Assembly: GCA_002269645.1 (NCBI GenBank)
Contig: NIVC01004244.1
Location: 1-53,497, forward strand
DNA: 53,497 nucleotides
Direction of reading: 5' to 3'
DNA from: Macrostomum lignano
Taxonomy: Eukaryota
In this document: one piece after another, positions 11,421-22,813 of the stretch
Numbering within the stretch: the stretch's first letter is position 1
How the letters are laid out: every line of letters starts with the position of its first letter
Notes under the pieces: model-generated
Seen by the model: only the letters and a program-made list of their open reading frames with translations
Told to the model about the DNA's origin: nothing
Databases searched by the model: none
Program-made: the position numbers and the translations under genes

Positions 11421-12292
11421 TCTATCGTTTAAGTGTGTTATAGCCTAGACTGCAACAAGCTATCCTTAGAACTATTATAGTTATACTATTACCCCTATTA
11501 GCAGAGAAGAACAACAAGAAAACGATAAGATCAATAACCGAAGAGAATTAAAGTTAGCTACCTGTCAATCAATCACAAAAGGCAGAGAGAAGTAAGCAAA
11601 CAGTGCGGCTAGTTATAACAACAAAAGAAACCAGCACGCAACGATACTTGAATTCCTCGAAATAAAGTATTTATTAATTAGCGCACCGTTTCACACTCAC
11701 GCATCATTTTATAGTTGTATTTATGGATAAGAAAACGATGATTAAAAAGTATTATACTAGTAAATTTATGGACTTAATAGTAAATAGAAAAGGCCAGAAG
11801 ACACTAGCCATATTCGCAACCATATTCAATAACTGAAGTCTATTAAATGTCAAATGTTGATATTCAACTCAACTTAACAATGTGTGCCAGTCACAATCTT
11901 AATAGATGGAATTATTGGCAATAATAACTAATAAACTTACTACTACATACTTAAAACTGGTTTCATTTTTAAGCACAAAAACTATTGTAAAGAATGCAGT
12001 TCTCCGTTCAAACATAAAAAGATAATGCACAATTGATCTTATCAGCAATATTTTAGCTTACTATAGGTTATGCCTGCAACTCTAAGATAATCTACACAAG
12101 TGCCCCAGAAGTTTTGCTCTCGGTTAAAGAAAACTCCTGTTTTTCGTCTACTTACTACTTGCAGGCCTATTTAGTATAAATTACCACTTTAACTTACTGT
12201 GTAGTGTAGAAGTTGACCAATGTCTGAAACGGCCATTTTTATCAGTTTTATCTTAATGTAAGGCCTTTGACTGCCGCTCTAATTTTCCGGAG

Positions 12293-13000
12293 TTATGAGC
12301 TCTGCCCTCCCTGCCCGGTCCATCCTGCGCTGTACTTGGTCCATCTGCTGGCTCCTCTGGTTGTCTCCCTGCCTAAGTGTCTCTGGCTCTCATCCTGACA
12401 GTGGATTGGTGTCCTGGGTTGGATGTTCGTCCCGAATCGGGGATACCGGCTGAGTCCGGGTCCTCTTGCCCCTTGTGCCCCTTCCCGACCCCTTGGCCTG
12501 GCCTCCAATATAGAGCTGGATAGGCGATACCCTTGGGTTTGTAGCCGGTAGACGGTCTTCCTGCCTGGAGTCTCGCCCTCGAAAACAAGCCTTCGACTCG
12601 CTCCAATAATTAAGCCATTTCCGTAGACTTCGGGGTTTCCCCGCTCTCGGACCGCTTTCAGTGATAACCCAAGCTTTTTTCGCTATTTCCAATTTTTTCT
12701 GCGCACTCCCAAGGACTTTGTCTGCTGGGTAGTGGCCTGGGTGGACTCGGTCCTAGCACCGTCCCTGATTCCACTTTTGGGTTGGCGGTGTCTTGTACCG
12801 AAGGTTTGGGTTAGTAGCACCAATACTACCTGGTACATGTTCTCACCAGAGTTCTGAGCTCTGGTCCCAATCGTGGCCTCTCGGGCTACATGCCCCTGGC
12901 AGTATGGCCCACAGTCAGATCCCTGCGGCAGAGCCCCCTTTCGGGCTGATCCGCGGTAAGCCCCTGGCTTTCCATCCCCGTTTAACAACAACAACAGACG
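12293..13000. other. Unassigned GC-rich island ending in (AAC)n; possible retroelement or pseudogene fragment
   Basis: Sharp GC contrast with flanks; two minus-strand ORFs overlap at an A-run near 12690; no domain recognised. Confidence 0.25.
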
Positions 13001-13308
13001 GCACATTAATAACAGCCTAACGACTAAGTTTGTGTGCCTGCTTAATTATAGACCAAAATATAGACTAAGTATAATGTAGACGTCAGACTTACTCTTATTA
13101 GTAGTTATGATATTAAACGGAAAATTCTTTAACAGAAAAAACTTTACGATTCAGCTTACATAGCAATATATAGTTATAAAACGATTTTTTCAAATTCAGA
13201 AACAAATAACGTCAAAATGACACCCAGAATATTTTCTCGAGCAACTTTAATTGATCTTCCATATCTAATATACTACTGCTACTACTGATAGTAATAATAA
13301 CAGTAAAA

Positions 13309-13935
13309 CTACTGAGGATAGGCCTCAACCAGCATAGCGTGTCCCTGACCGCCAGCAGCGCACGCCGCAACCAAAGCTAACTGGCCGCTGCCCTTCAACA
13401 GGCGATTAGCTGCGCACGTGACCAAGCGTACGCCAGTAGCTCCGAACGGGTGCCCAATAGACAGACTGCCGCCCCAGCAGTTCAATTTGTCCATAGGCGG
13501 AGCGCCATACTTGCCAGCCTGCCTGCCCATGTATTGCTTAGCAAAATAGTCCGAATCCAAAGCGGCTAAATTAGCCAATATCTGACCAGCGAATGCTTCG
13601 TGATATTCGAAAGCGTCAATATCTGCCAGGCTCAGACCGTTGCGCTCTAGAATACGCGGCGTCGCATAGGCAGGCCCTAGCAACAGTTGATCTTTCGGGT
13701 CCTGGCTAACGTACATGAAATCGCGCAGGTAAGCTTTCGGCTTCAAGCCGAGTCGTTTGGCCGTCTCCTCGGTGGTTAGAAGGCAGGCCGAGGCTCCATC
13801 AGTGAGGAAGCTGGCATTGGCAGCTGTGATGGTGCCGTGAGGCTTGACAAAGGCCGGTTTGAGCTTGCTCATCGCTTCCATGCTGCTAGGACGGACGCCA
13901 TTGTCGCGGGAGACGGTGTTAGCGACTCCGGGCAC
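13309..13935 (-). CDS. HADHB: Trifunctional enzyme subunit beta (3-ketoacyl-CoA thiolase), exon 3
   Basis: Thiolase motifs [42 protein letters not shown]; acceptor cgcag|GTG at 13935; TAG stop. Confidence 0.95.
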   Translation of the reverse strand: MPGVANTVSRDNGVRPSSMEAMSKLKPAFVKPHGTITAANASFLTDGASACLLTTEETAKRLGLKPKAYLRDFMYVSQDPKDQLLLGPAYATPRILERNGLSLADIDAFEYHEAFAGQILANLAALDSDYFAKQYMGRQAGKYGAPPMDKLNCWGGSLSIGHPFGATGVRLVTCAANRLLKGSGQLALVAACAAGGQGHAMLVEAYPQ

Positions 13936-13999
13936 CTGCGTGAATGCAAATTAACTAGCGATTTAGAAACCTGTGGATTTTCTGCAGTTCCACAGCATG

Positions 14000-14475
14000 A
14001 CAGACTGTCAGGAACTTCAAAACGATGATTGAACTTCAGTGTAATGTAACTTCTAAAGATTGTGGTACGTGATTAGACTGACAGACCGTCGGGAACTTCA
14101 ACACGATGATTGTACTTCAAAAGATTGTGGTACGTGATCAGACTGGCAGACCGTCGGGAACTTCAACACGATGATTGTACTTCAAAATATTGTGGTACGT
14201 GATCAGACTGGCAGACCGTCGGGAACTTCAACACGATGATTGTACTTCAAAAGATTGTGGTACGTGATCAGACTGGCAGACCGTCGGGAACTTCAACACG
14301 ATGATTGAACTTCAGCGTAATGTAACTTCTAAAGATTGTGGTACGTGATTAGACTGACAGACCGTCGGGAACTTCAACACGATGATTGAACTTCAGCGTA
14401 ATGTAACTTCTAAAGATTGTGGTACGTGATTAGACTGACAGACCGTCGGGAACTTCAACACGATGATTGAAGAAC
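14000..14475. repeat. 65/81-bp tandem repeat (~6 copies) in HADHB intron 2
   Basis: GATTGTGGTACGTG anchors at 14058, 14123, 14188, 14253, 14334, 14415. Confidence 0.9.
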
Positions 14476-14699
14476 TTCAGTCTAAACGGCTTCAACACAA
14501 TGATTAAAACCTTCTGTAGATTTTAGCACATCAAGAGCGTGATCAAGAGCACACCTACAAGACCTTCAACACGATGATTGAAGATCATTGATTCGGAACT
14601 GACATTTTCTGTAGATTTAGTTTACAGGATGATTAATCCGAACTTTAAATAAACAATGATTCATCGAGTGGAAATGTAAACAAAACAATCAAAGCAAAC

Positions 14700-14976
14700 C
14701 TTGAACGGCTCAATTTCGGTCAGTAGGCCATCCTTAGCGGCCTGAGCTGCCAATGTGTGACTGCGAAGCGCGAATTCATCCTGAGCCCGACGGCTGATGC
14801 CGAACGCTGCGCACAAGCGGTCAGCTGAATGGCCCATAGTCTCGTTAGTAGAGAATTCCGCCACGGCTGGCAGTTCAACTCCGCCAGTTAGGGAGCCAAG
14901 AATTCTGCCTCCAACTGACAGCTGGTCTGGCAGACTCTTGGCTTTGCGCATGGATAGCAGGTGGCTGCGTGTGTTC
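14700..14976 (-). CDS. HADHB: Trifunctional enzyme subunit beta, exon 2
   Basis: ELPAVAEFSTNETMGHSADRLCAAFGISRRAQDEFALRSH; acceptor tccag|G (phase 2), donor AAG|gtttgc (phase 0). Confidence 0.93.
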
Positions 14977-15000
14977 CTGGATTGAGGGGTGGGTGGATGG

Positions 15001-16852
15001 CATGATTAGAGACCTATGTGCTGATATGCTAGCATGATTAGAGACCTGTGTGTGCTGCTAGCATGATTGGAGACTGTGTGTGCTACTAGCATGATTAGAG
15101 ACCTGTGTGCTGATATGCTAGCATGATCAGAGACCTGTGTGTGCTGATATGCTAGCATGATTAGAGACCTGTGTGTGCTGCTAGCATGATTAGAGACCTG
15201 TGTGTGCTGATATGCTAGCATGATTAGAGACCTGTGTGTGCTGCTAGCATGATTAGAGACCTGTGTGTGCTGCTAGCATGATTAGAGACCTGTGTGTGCT
15301 GATATGCTAGCATGATTAGAGACCTGTGTGCTGATATGCTAGCATGATTAGAGACTGTGTGCTGATATGCTAGCATTATTAGAGACCTGTGTGCTGATAT
15401 GCTAGCATGATTAGAGACTGTGTGCTAATATGCTAGCATTATTAGAGACCTGTGTGCTGATATGCTAGCATGATTAGAGACTGTGTGCTGATATGCTAGC
15501 ATGATTAGAGACCTGTGTGTGCTGCTAGCATGATTAGAGACTGTGTGCTGATATGCTAGCATTATTAGAGACCTGTGTGCTGATATGCTAGCATGATTAG
15601 AGACCTGTGTGCTGATATGCTAGCATGATTAGAGACCTGTGTGTGCTGCTAGCATGATTGGAGACTGTGTGTGCTGCTAGCATGATTAGAGACCTGTGTG
15701 CTGATATGCTAGCATGATTAGAGACCTGTGTGCTGATATGCTAGCATGATTAGAGACCTGTGTGCTGATATGCTAGCATGATTAGAGACCTGTGTGTGCT
15801 GCTAGCATGATTGGAGACTGTGTGTGCTGCTAGCATGATTAGAGACCTGTGTGCTGATATGCTAGCATGATTAGAGACCTGTGTGTGCTGCTAGCATGAT
15901 TAGAGACCTGTGTGTGCTGCTAGCATGATTAGAGACCTGTGTGTGCTGATATGCTAGCATGATTAGAGACCTGTGTGTGCTGATATGCTAGCATGATTAG
16001 AGACTGTGTGTGCTGATATGCTAGCATGATTAGAGACCTGTGTGCTGATATGCTAGCATGATCAGAGACCTGTGTCTGCTGATATGCTAGCATGATTAGA
16101 GACATGTGTGTGCTGCTAGCATGATTAGAGACCTGTGTGTGCTGATATGCTAGCATGATTAGAGACCTGTGTGTGCTGATATGCTAGCATGATTAGAGAC
16201 CTGTGTGTGCTGATATGCTAGCATGATTAGAGACCTGTGTGTGCTGATATGCTAGCATGATTAGAGACCTGTGTGTGCTGATATGCTAGCATGATTAGAG
16301 ACCTGTGTGTGCTGATATGCTAGCATGATTAGAGACCTGTGTGTGCTGATATGGGTAGCATGATTAGAGACCTGTGTGTGCTGATATGCTAGCATGATTA
16401 GAGACCTGTGTGTGCTGATATGGGTAGCATGATTAGAGACCTGTGTGTACTGATATGGGTAGCATGATTAGAGACCTGTGTGTGCTGATATGGGTAGCAT
16501 GATTAGAGACCTGTGTGTGCTGATATGCTAGCATGATTAGAGACCTGTGTGTGCTGATATGGGTAGCATGATTAGAGACCTGTGTGTGCTGATATGCTAG
16601 CATGATTAGAGACCTGTGTGTACTGATATGGGTAGCATGATTAGAGACCTGTGGTGCTGATATGCTAGCATGATTAGAGACCTGTGTGCTGATATGGCTA
16701 GCATGATTAGAGACCTGTGTGTGCTGATATGGGTAGCATGATTAGAGACCTGGGTGCTGATATGGGTAGCATGATTAGAGACCTGGGTGCTGATATGCTA
16801 GCATGATTAGAGACCTGTGTGTGCTGATATGGGTAGCATGATGGGTAGCATG
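15001..16852. repeat. ~28-34-bp minisatellite (GCTAGCATGATTAGAGACCTGTGTGTGCTGATAT) filling HADHB intron 1
   Basis: Direct reading; intron 14977-16865. Confidence 0.97.
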
Positions 16853-16865
16853 ACACAAAAAATAC

Positions 16866-17398
16866 CTGTTCAATCGAATTGGCACATCGGACATGAACTC
16901 CACACCGCCAGCAATGCATACTTGAGCAGCCCCGGTTGCTAGCAAGCCCATACAGGTGGTGATAGCCTGATTAGACGAGATGCAAGCTTGAGTAACCGTA
17001 TGAGCCGGAATCCGGTCAGAGTAGCCGGCGCCCAGAGCCGCCTCCCTAGCAATGTTACTAGTCTTAACCTCTTGAATAACCGTGCCCATAACAATGTAGT
17101 CAACAATGGACTTATCCAGCTTAGTCCTATTAGCCAGAGTCAGTAGGGAGTGCCTAGCCAAATCGTGCGGCATCAAACGCTTATAATCGGTGCCGCTCTG
17201 CAGAAACGGAGTCCGGACGCCTTCAACTAGAACTATGTTGGGCCGGTCCGGTTTAGCTAAGCTGCGTCGCTTTGAATCGGCGGGTTTCGCGGCAGCCGGA
17301 GCCGCGGACAACAGGCGGACAGACTGTCGGTGCTGCTGTTGCAGCAGAAATCGACCAGAAGAGGCGATAGGCGCGTTTAAATTTAGAGAGCGAAGCAT
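16866..17398 (-). CDS. HADHB: Trifunctional enzyme subunit beta, exon 1 (mitochondrial presequence plus active-site Cys)
   Basis: [51 protein letters not shown]; Arg-rich acid-free N-terminus; donor AG|gtattt. The three exons sum to 1437 nt = 478 aa. Confidence 0.95.
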
Positions 17399-17589
17399 TG
17401 TGTGTTGCGTATGGTTTGCGGTTCGACTTTAAAGGATTATAAATTCACATAAATAGACAGTAGCATTAAATATTGCGCGATAAAAAATTAAAACTAAATT
17501 TAAGCACTGTTTCAAAACTTTTCTGACTTCAAAATAAAAAGGCGACTCTGTCAATCAACACCCCTCGACTTTGTCTTACTCTTCTACTC

Positions 17590-18510
17590 CGTCAGTGACT
17601 GTCTGTAAGTAACCCCCCGACTGTCAGTGACTCTCTGTCTCTGTCAGTGACCCTCTGTCTGTAAGTAACCCCCCGACTGTCAGTGACCCTCTGTCTGTAA
17701 GTAACCCCCCGACTGTCAGTGACCCTCTGTCTGTAAGTAACCCCCGACTGTCAGTGACCCTCTGTCTGTAAGTAACCCCCGACTGTCAGTGACCCTCTGT
17801 CTGTAAGTAACCCCGACTGTCAGTGACCCTGTCTGTGAGTAACCCCCCGACTGTAAGTGACCCTGTCTGTAAGTAACCCCCGACTGTCAGTGACCCTCTG
17901 TCTGTAAGTAACCCCCGACTGTCAGTGACCCTCTGTCTCTGTCAGTGACTCTGTCTCTGTCAGTGACCCTCTGTCTTTGTCAGTGACCCTCTATCTTTGT
18001 CAGTGACCCCCTATCTTTGTCAGTGACCCTCTGTCTGCCAGTGACCTCTGTCTCTGTCAGTGACCCTCCGACTGTCAGTGACCCTCTGTCTCTGTCAGTG
18101 ACCCTACGACTGTCAGTGACCCTCTGTCTGTCAGTGACCTTTGTCTCTGTCAGTGACCCTGTCTGTCAGTGACCTGTCTCTGTCAGTGACCCTCCGACTG
18201 TCAGTGACCCTCTGTCTCTGTCAGTAACCCTCCGACTGTCAGTGACCCTACGACTGTCAGTGACCCTCTGTCTGTCAGTGACCTTCTGTCTCCTTCAGTG
18301 ACCCTGTCTGTCAGTGACCCTCTGTCTGTCAGTGACCTTCTGTCTCCTTCAGTGACCCTCTGTCTGTCAGTGACCTTTGTCTCTGTCAGTGACCCTCTGT
18401 CTGTCAGTGACCTCTGTCTCTGTCAGTGACCCTCCGACTGTCAGTGACCCTCTGTCTCTGTCAGTGACCCTCTGTCTCTGTCAGTGACCCTCTGTCTGTC
18501 AGTGACCCAC
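17590..18510. repeat. GTCAGTGACCCTCTGTCT-based minisatellite (~18-40-bp units) between HADHB and KDELR
   Basis: Direct reading. Confidence 0.93.
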
Positions 18511-19173
18511 TAAGTCACTAAATTCTCTAAAAAATCAATAAAACTACAGCAGAATAAAGAATGTTTTAAAAAAGACACGCTGCAAACTGAAAATAAAATG
18601 ACCTGAATTTTCCATTAGTATAATCAATAAAAATCAGTATCAAAAACACTACAAAATGACAGATAAAATAGCAAACATCAATAAATATGAAAGGCATTTT
18701 TGGTATGCTAATTTTTATTGCACAATGTCAACGCATTGGGAAGTTGCCGAATTAAATAGCAGTGAACAACAGGTAAAAAAATTAAAACATGTTAAATGAA
18801 AATATCGCAATACAGAATTAAAAATTAATTAAGCTATAGTGAATTGATCACCTCTCATGGATAAATTAAAAAATCAAGATTGAAATTCTTTTATTAAATT
18901 AATCAATAACTACTGAATGGAAGACAAAAAATCTACTTTCAAACCGATGCGTCGACTTTATGGAAGTTTTTAAGCAAAACAAGACTGATGAATATTGACT
19001 AAAAACTGGCAGATACAACTATGCTACTTTTTATTCAGTAGTATCATTTTGCTTTGGTTTCCTTCATATCGTTTTGGTTTTAATTATTTCAAATACACGT
19101 ATGTGTTACCTGGCTTGTTTAACAGGCATTATTTATGCTCTAAACTATGTTATTCTATGGCTAATACATTAAT

Positions 19174-19812
19174 CTAAGCTGGCAGACTAATCCTTCGACC
19201 GCTAAGCACTTTAGTGACGTACAAATAGAAGAAGTCGGCATACAGGCAGGTCTGCAAGCAGCCAGACATTACAACAATCAAATCCAAGTAGCCTTCGGCA
19301 AAGTATCGATAGATCCAATTGAAAACATACAAGCCCCGGTAGGCACCCAGAGCGAATAGGTAATGCGACGTGATGGTCTCAGCTTCGCCAGTCTTTGTAA
19401 TGAGAAACAGCTGCGGCAGAATGGCCACAGACTCCAAATAGATACTAAAAGTCCAAAGCACCTCCAAGAATGAGAACTCGTGATTAGCTACTAACGCCAG
19501 TAGTGCAGCCGGGGCGATCAGGAATTTCAATTCAAAAGTGTCGTGATTAGAATCGTAACTGGATTTAAATCGTCCATACATCATGAATACAGTAGCAATG
19601 CTGGACGATATAAAGAACAGCTTCATCAAGGTGTTGTACAGGCTGACGAAGGAGGTGAACATATCCAAATAGCGGGTGAGAAACACTAAACAGAAGCAGA
19701 CTTGCGACTTTCCTGAAATGCCAGAGACTGAACGGGAAGTCCAGATCTTGTGCAAAAGCAGCACAATACCCGCAAGGTGGGACATGTCGCCCAATAAACG
19801 GAATATGTTCAT
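19174..19812 (-). CDS. KDELR: ER lumen protein-retaining (KDEL) receptor, single coding exon, 212 aa
   Basis: [68 protein letters not shown]; true ATG at 19812 rather than the ORF-track start. Confidence 0.97.
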   Translation of the reverse strand: MNIFRLLGDMSHLAGIVLLLHKIWTSRSVSGISGKSQVCFCLVFLTRYLDMFTSFVSLYNTLMKLFFISSSIATVFMMYGRFKSSYDSNHDTFELKFLIAPAALLALVANHEFSFLEVLWTFSIYLESVAILPQLFLITKTGEAETITSHYLFALGAYRGLYVFNWIYRYFAEGYLDLIVVMSGCLQTCLYADFFYLYVTKVLSGRRISLPA

Positions 19813-21625
19813 GATTGGAAGATTTATCTGATGCCAAACACTAGCATGAGAGGAAATTGACAATTTGGTTATGAGTTACAGGAGTTACCGACTAGTTAGA
19901 GAGCCAGTCTTATGACTAGCCCCTGACTAACTAACAAATAACAAATGACATGCTACAAAACTATTTTAAGACATTTAAACAATGTATTATATAGTATTAT
20001 ATAAGATTCTACTAGTCATGTTAAATATATAATATTAAAACATGAATTATTTAGAAAAAAATTCAATACTTTAAGCATAATAATATTATAAAAACAAATA
20101 GACCACTGTTGCAAGTTTGTAATAATTATAACATTAGAAAAAGAACATTCTTACAGAAAGGCTTATAATATAAAACAATAGAACTTTAATGCCATACCTA
20201 CCTAGCATACCATATGAGTAGAATGTCATTGAGGAACAAACTGATTATTATCACTATATAAATTTCAAAATTATATTTATTAATAGTAGAAGTACCAATT
20301 TTCCTTATTTTGGAAGTTTTTTTAGCTAGGTTTTAATTTCTTGGACTATCAATCATTACTTGGAGCATAGAGCATAAAAACTTAAAGACATGATTGAACT
20401 ATTTGTTATAACAATTCTAAAACAATATAATCAAATCACTGTCTTTCTAGACTATACTAAAAGATTAGTTTTAAAAAGTTAATAGAATAAAGCTAGCTAT
20501 TTATAATATTATCTTGTACTTTCAACAGCAAATATTATTTTACCATTCTTTACATATGTTCCTCATTGGTTTTTTGTAATGTTTTGCATATTTAACTTAG
20601 CTTAGTTTTACAAAAAAACATAAATAATATAATTAGTTTTTCTTGAACTAAACATAAGGCAGCTTTTTATTTCTTTATTATTTACTTAAAAGCTACACAA
20701 GAATTCTATTTTTTAATCTAAAAAATCTTATTTTTGTTATATTATTGTCTAGATACTAATACTTTGCTTCTACTTAGTCTTAAACAATAATGGCTATAGC
20801 TACTTTATATTTTATTTTAAAACTTTATTTTGCTTGCAGGGCTGCATATTTTTTTGTTTTTGTTGTTGTTGTTAAAGCTACAAATTAGTCCTATATCATT
20901 ATTTACAAATAAAAAGTAGTGAATTAACTCTAGGTTTATTTATCTTAATCTTTAGTAATAATCCTATTGGTGTTTTTATTTAAGAATGATAAAGGCGTTT
21001 GCAAAATAGTTCTAATGATTAAAATTAAATGCTTTTAATTCTTAAGTTTTAATAACTTGAAGTAAATATTATCATGTATATCAAGAGTTGAATAAACCCT
21101 ACTACTAGTAAGTCTAAAAAACAAAGCAAACATTAAAAAATAAAGAAAGTAAGAATTTTGTCAAAATTTTATATAGACTTATAATCCTTATAATCCTATA
21201 GGCCTACTAGGCCCTATACAAAATAAAAGGTTAGTTATATTAATAAAAATACAGGTTATTTTTACTAGTATTTCCTTGGGCTTCGTTACATATTTTAATA
21301 ATGATCAATGTTACTTTTTTTATTTTTTAAATAAACCCTCCCCTTAGCTCCCCATTTCAGAAAATATTTTAAGTAGACCTAAAAAGGTGGTAATCTTTTA
21401 CCATTATTATCTTAATGAACTTACTTTAAAACATGTTAGAATATTAGAGTTTACTATATTCATTTTTTTAAAAAGCCTATGCCAATGGGCACTGGGAGTC
21501 TAGGTCTAATTTTTATAAATGTCAAATTTTAGAAAGCCTATTGAATTAATAGATAATAAATGATTATAGGTCTCTATTACTTATTATTGAAGACAAGTCC
21601 CTATGGCTTCTAGTCAATCTGGCAA

Positions 21626-22813
21626 CAGAGGGGTGTCCCAAAAGTTGGTGCACTTTCTTCACTACAGCCTTTTCTGACCAATCAAAAATATTTATTTTGT
21701 AGCAGTTAATAAGAGAATTATCTGCCTGTTAAAATGACTTTCTGTTTATTTTTGTATCTGCTAGAATTCTTGAGATATGAGCATTTTTATGCCCTAACCC
21801 CTATGCTACTTTTACAAATTGCCATAGACCAAAGCTTTGTACCTGATACACAAAACAACGAAAGATTCAACAAATCAACAAAACATTTGCAACATGAAAG
21901 CTGGGGAAAGAATAGTCAAAGTTAATCATCAACATTGTCCTGAGGCTTCTCTACATAGTCACCACTGCGCTGCACACTTTTGTCATTGGCAATCGCATCA
22001 GCAAAGGCATCAGCAATGGCATCAACAAATTTAGGAATTGCTTGACATTGATTCCAGACTGACAGTTTGTGAGATTGATCAGATTGATCACATGCTTGGC
22101 AGTCCAAAGTTCACTGTTCCACACTGCACAATGACTACAGAGTTGGACCAGTCAAAGATCTCGGCCTGCTGAGTACTGCGGCTCTATACCTTTTGAACCA
22201 TGACAATGCAAGTCCCCACACAGCCAAGAATATAGAGGAGACAATCAAGCAGGCAAATTTTGAGCTGCTCTAACACCCACGCCTTCTCTCTGGATTTGTC
22301 ACCAGCTGACTTTTCCATCTTTCCAAAGATGAAGCTGCTGCATGGACGAATCTTTGCTTGTTGTGGGAGCCTGGAAGCATTGACTCACCAAGTTTTCCTT
22401 CATGAGATGCCGCACTCAGATTTTGCTGATGCCATTTACGACATGCACAGCCAATGGCAGAAGTGTGCAGCGCAGTGATGATTATGTGGAGAAGCCTCAG
22501 AACAATATTAATGATTAACTTTGACTATTCTTTCTTCAGCTTTCATGTTGCGGATGTTTTATTGATTTGTTGAATGTTTCGTTGTTTTGTGCATCAGGTA
22601 CAAAGCTTTGGTCTATGGCAATTTGTAAAAGTAGCACAGGGGGTGGGGCATAAAAATGCTCATATCTCAAGAATTCCAGCAGATACAGAAATAAACAGAA
22701 AGTCATTTTAATGGGCAGATAGTTCTTTTGTTAACTGCTACAATATAAATATTTCTAATTGATTAGAAAAGGCTGTATTGAAGAAAGTGCACCAACTTTT
22801 GGGACACCCCTTG
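21626..22813 (+). mobile_element. Decayed mariner-derived element with ~390-bp inverted arms
   Basis: Termini (C)AGAGGGGTGTCCCAAAAG / CTTTTGGGACACCCCTTG|TA. Internal broken transposase: HDNASPHTAK...FELL*HP, then FSLDLSPADFSIFPKMK...QWQKC..DYVEK, matching mariner HDNARPH / PYSPDLAP motifs. Confidence 0.85.

Noticed and set aside
17399-19173. Head-to-head HADHA partner as in vertebrates
   Set aside because: No enoyl-CoA hydratase/dehydrogenase coding sequence upstream; only repeats and the KDELR 3' end.
19813-19863. N-terminal extension of KDELR given by the ORF track
   Set aside because: It starts at a non-ATG codon; the conserved MNIFR start at 19812 gives the canonical 212 aa.
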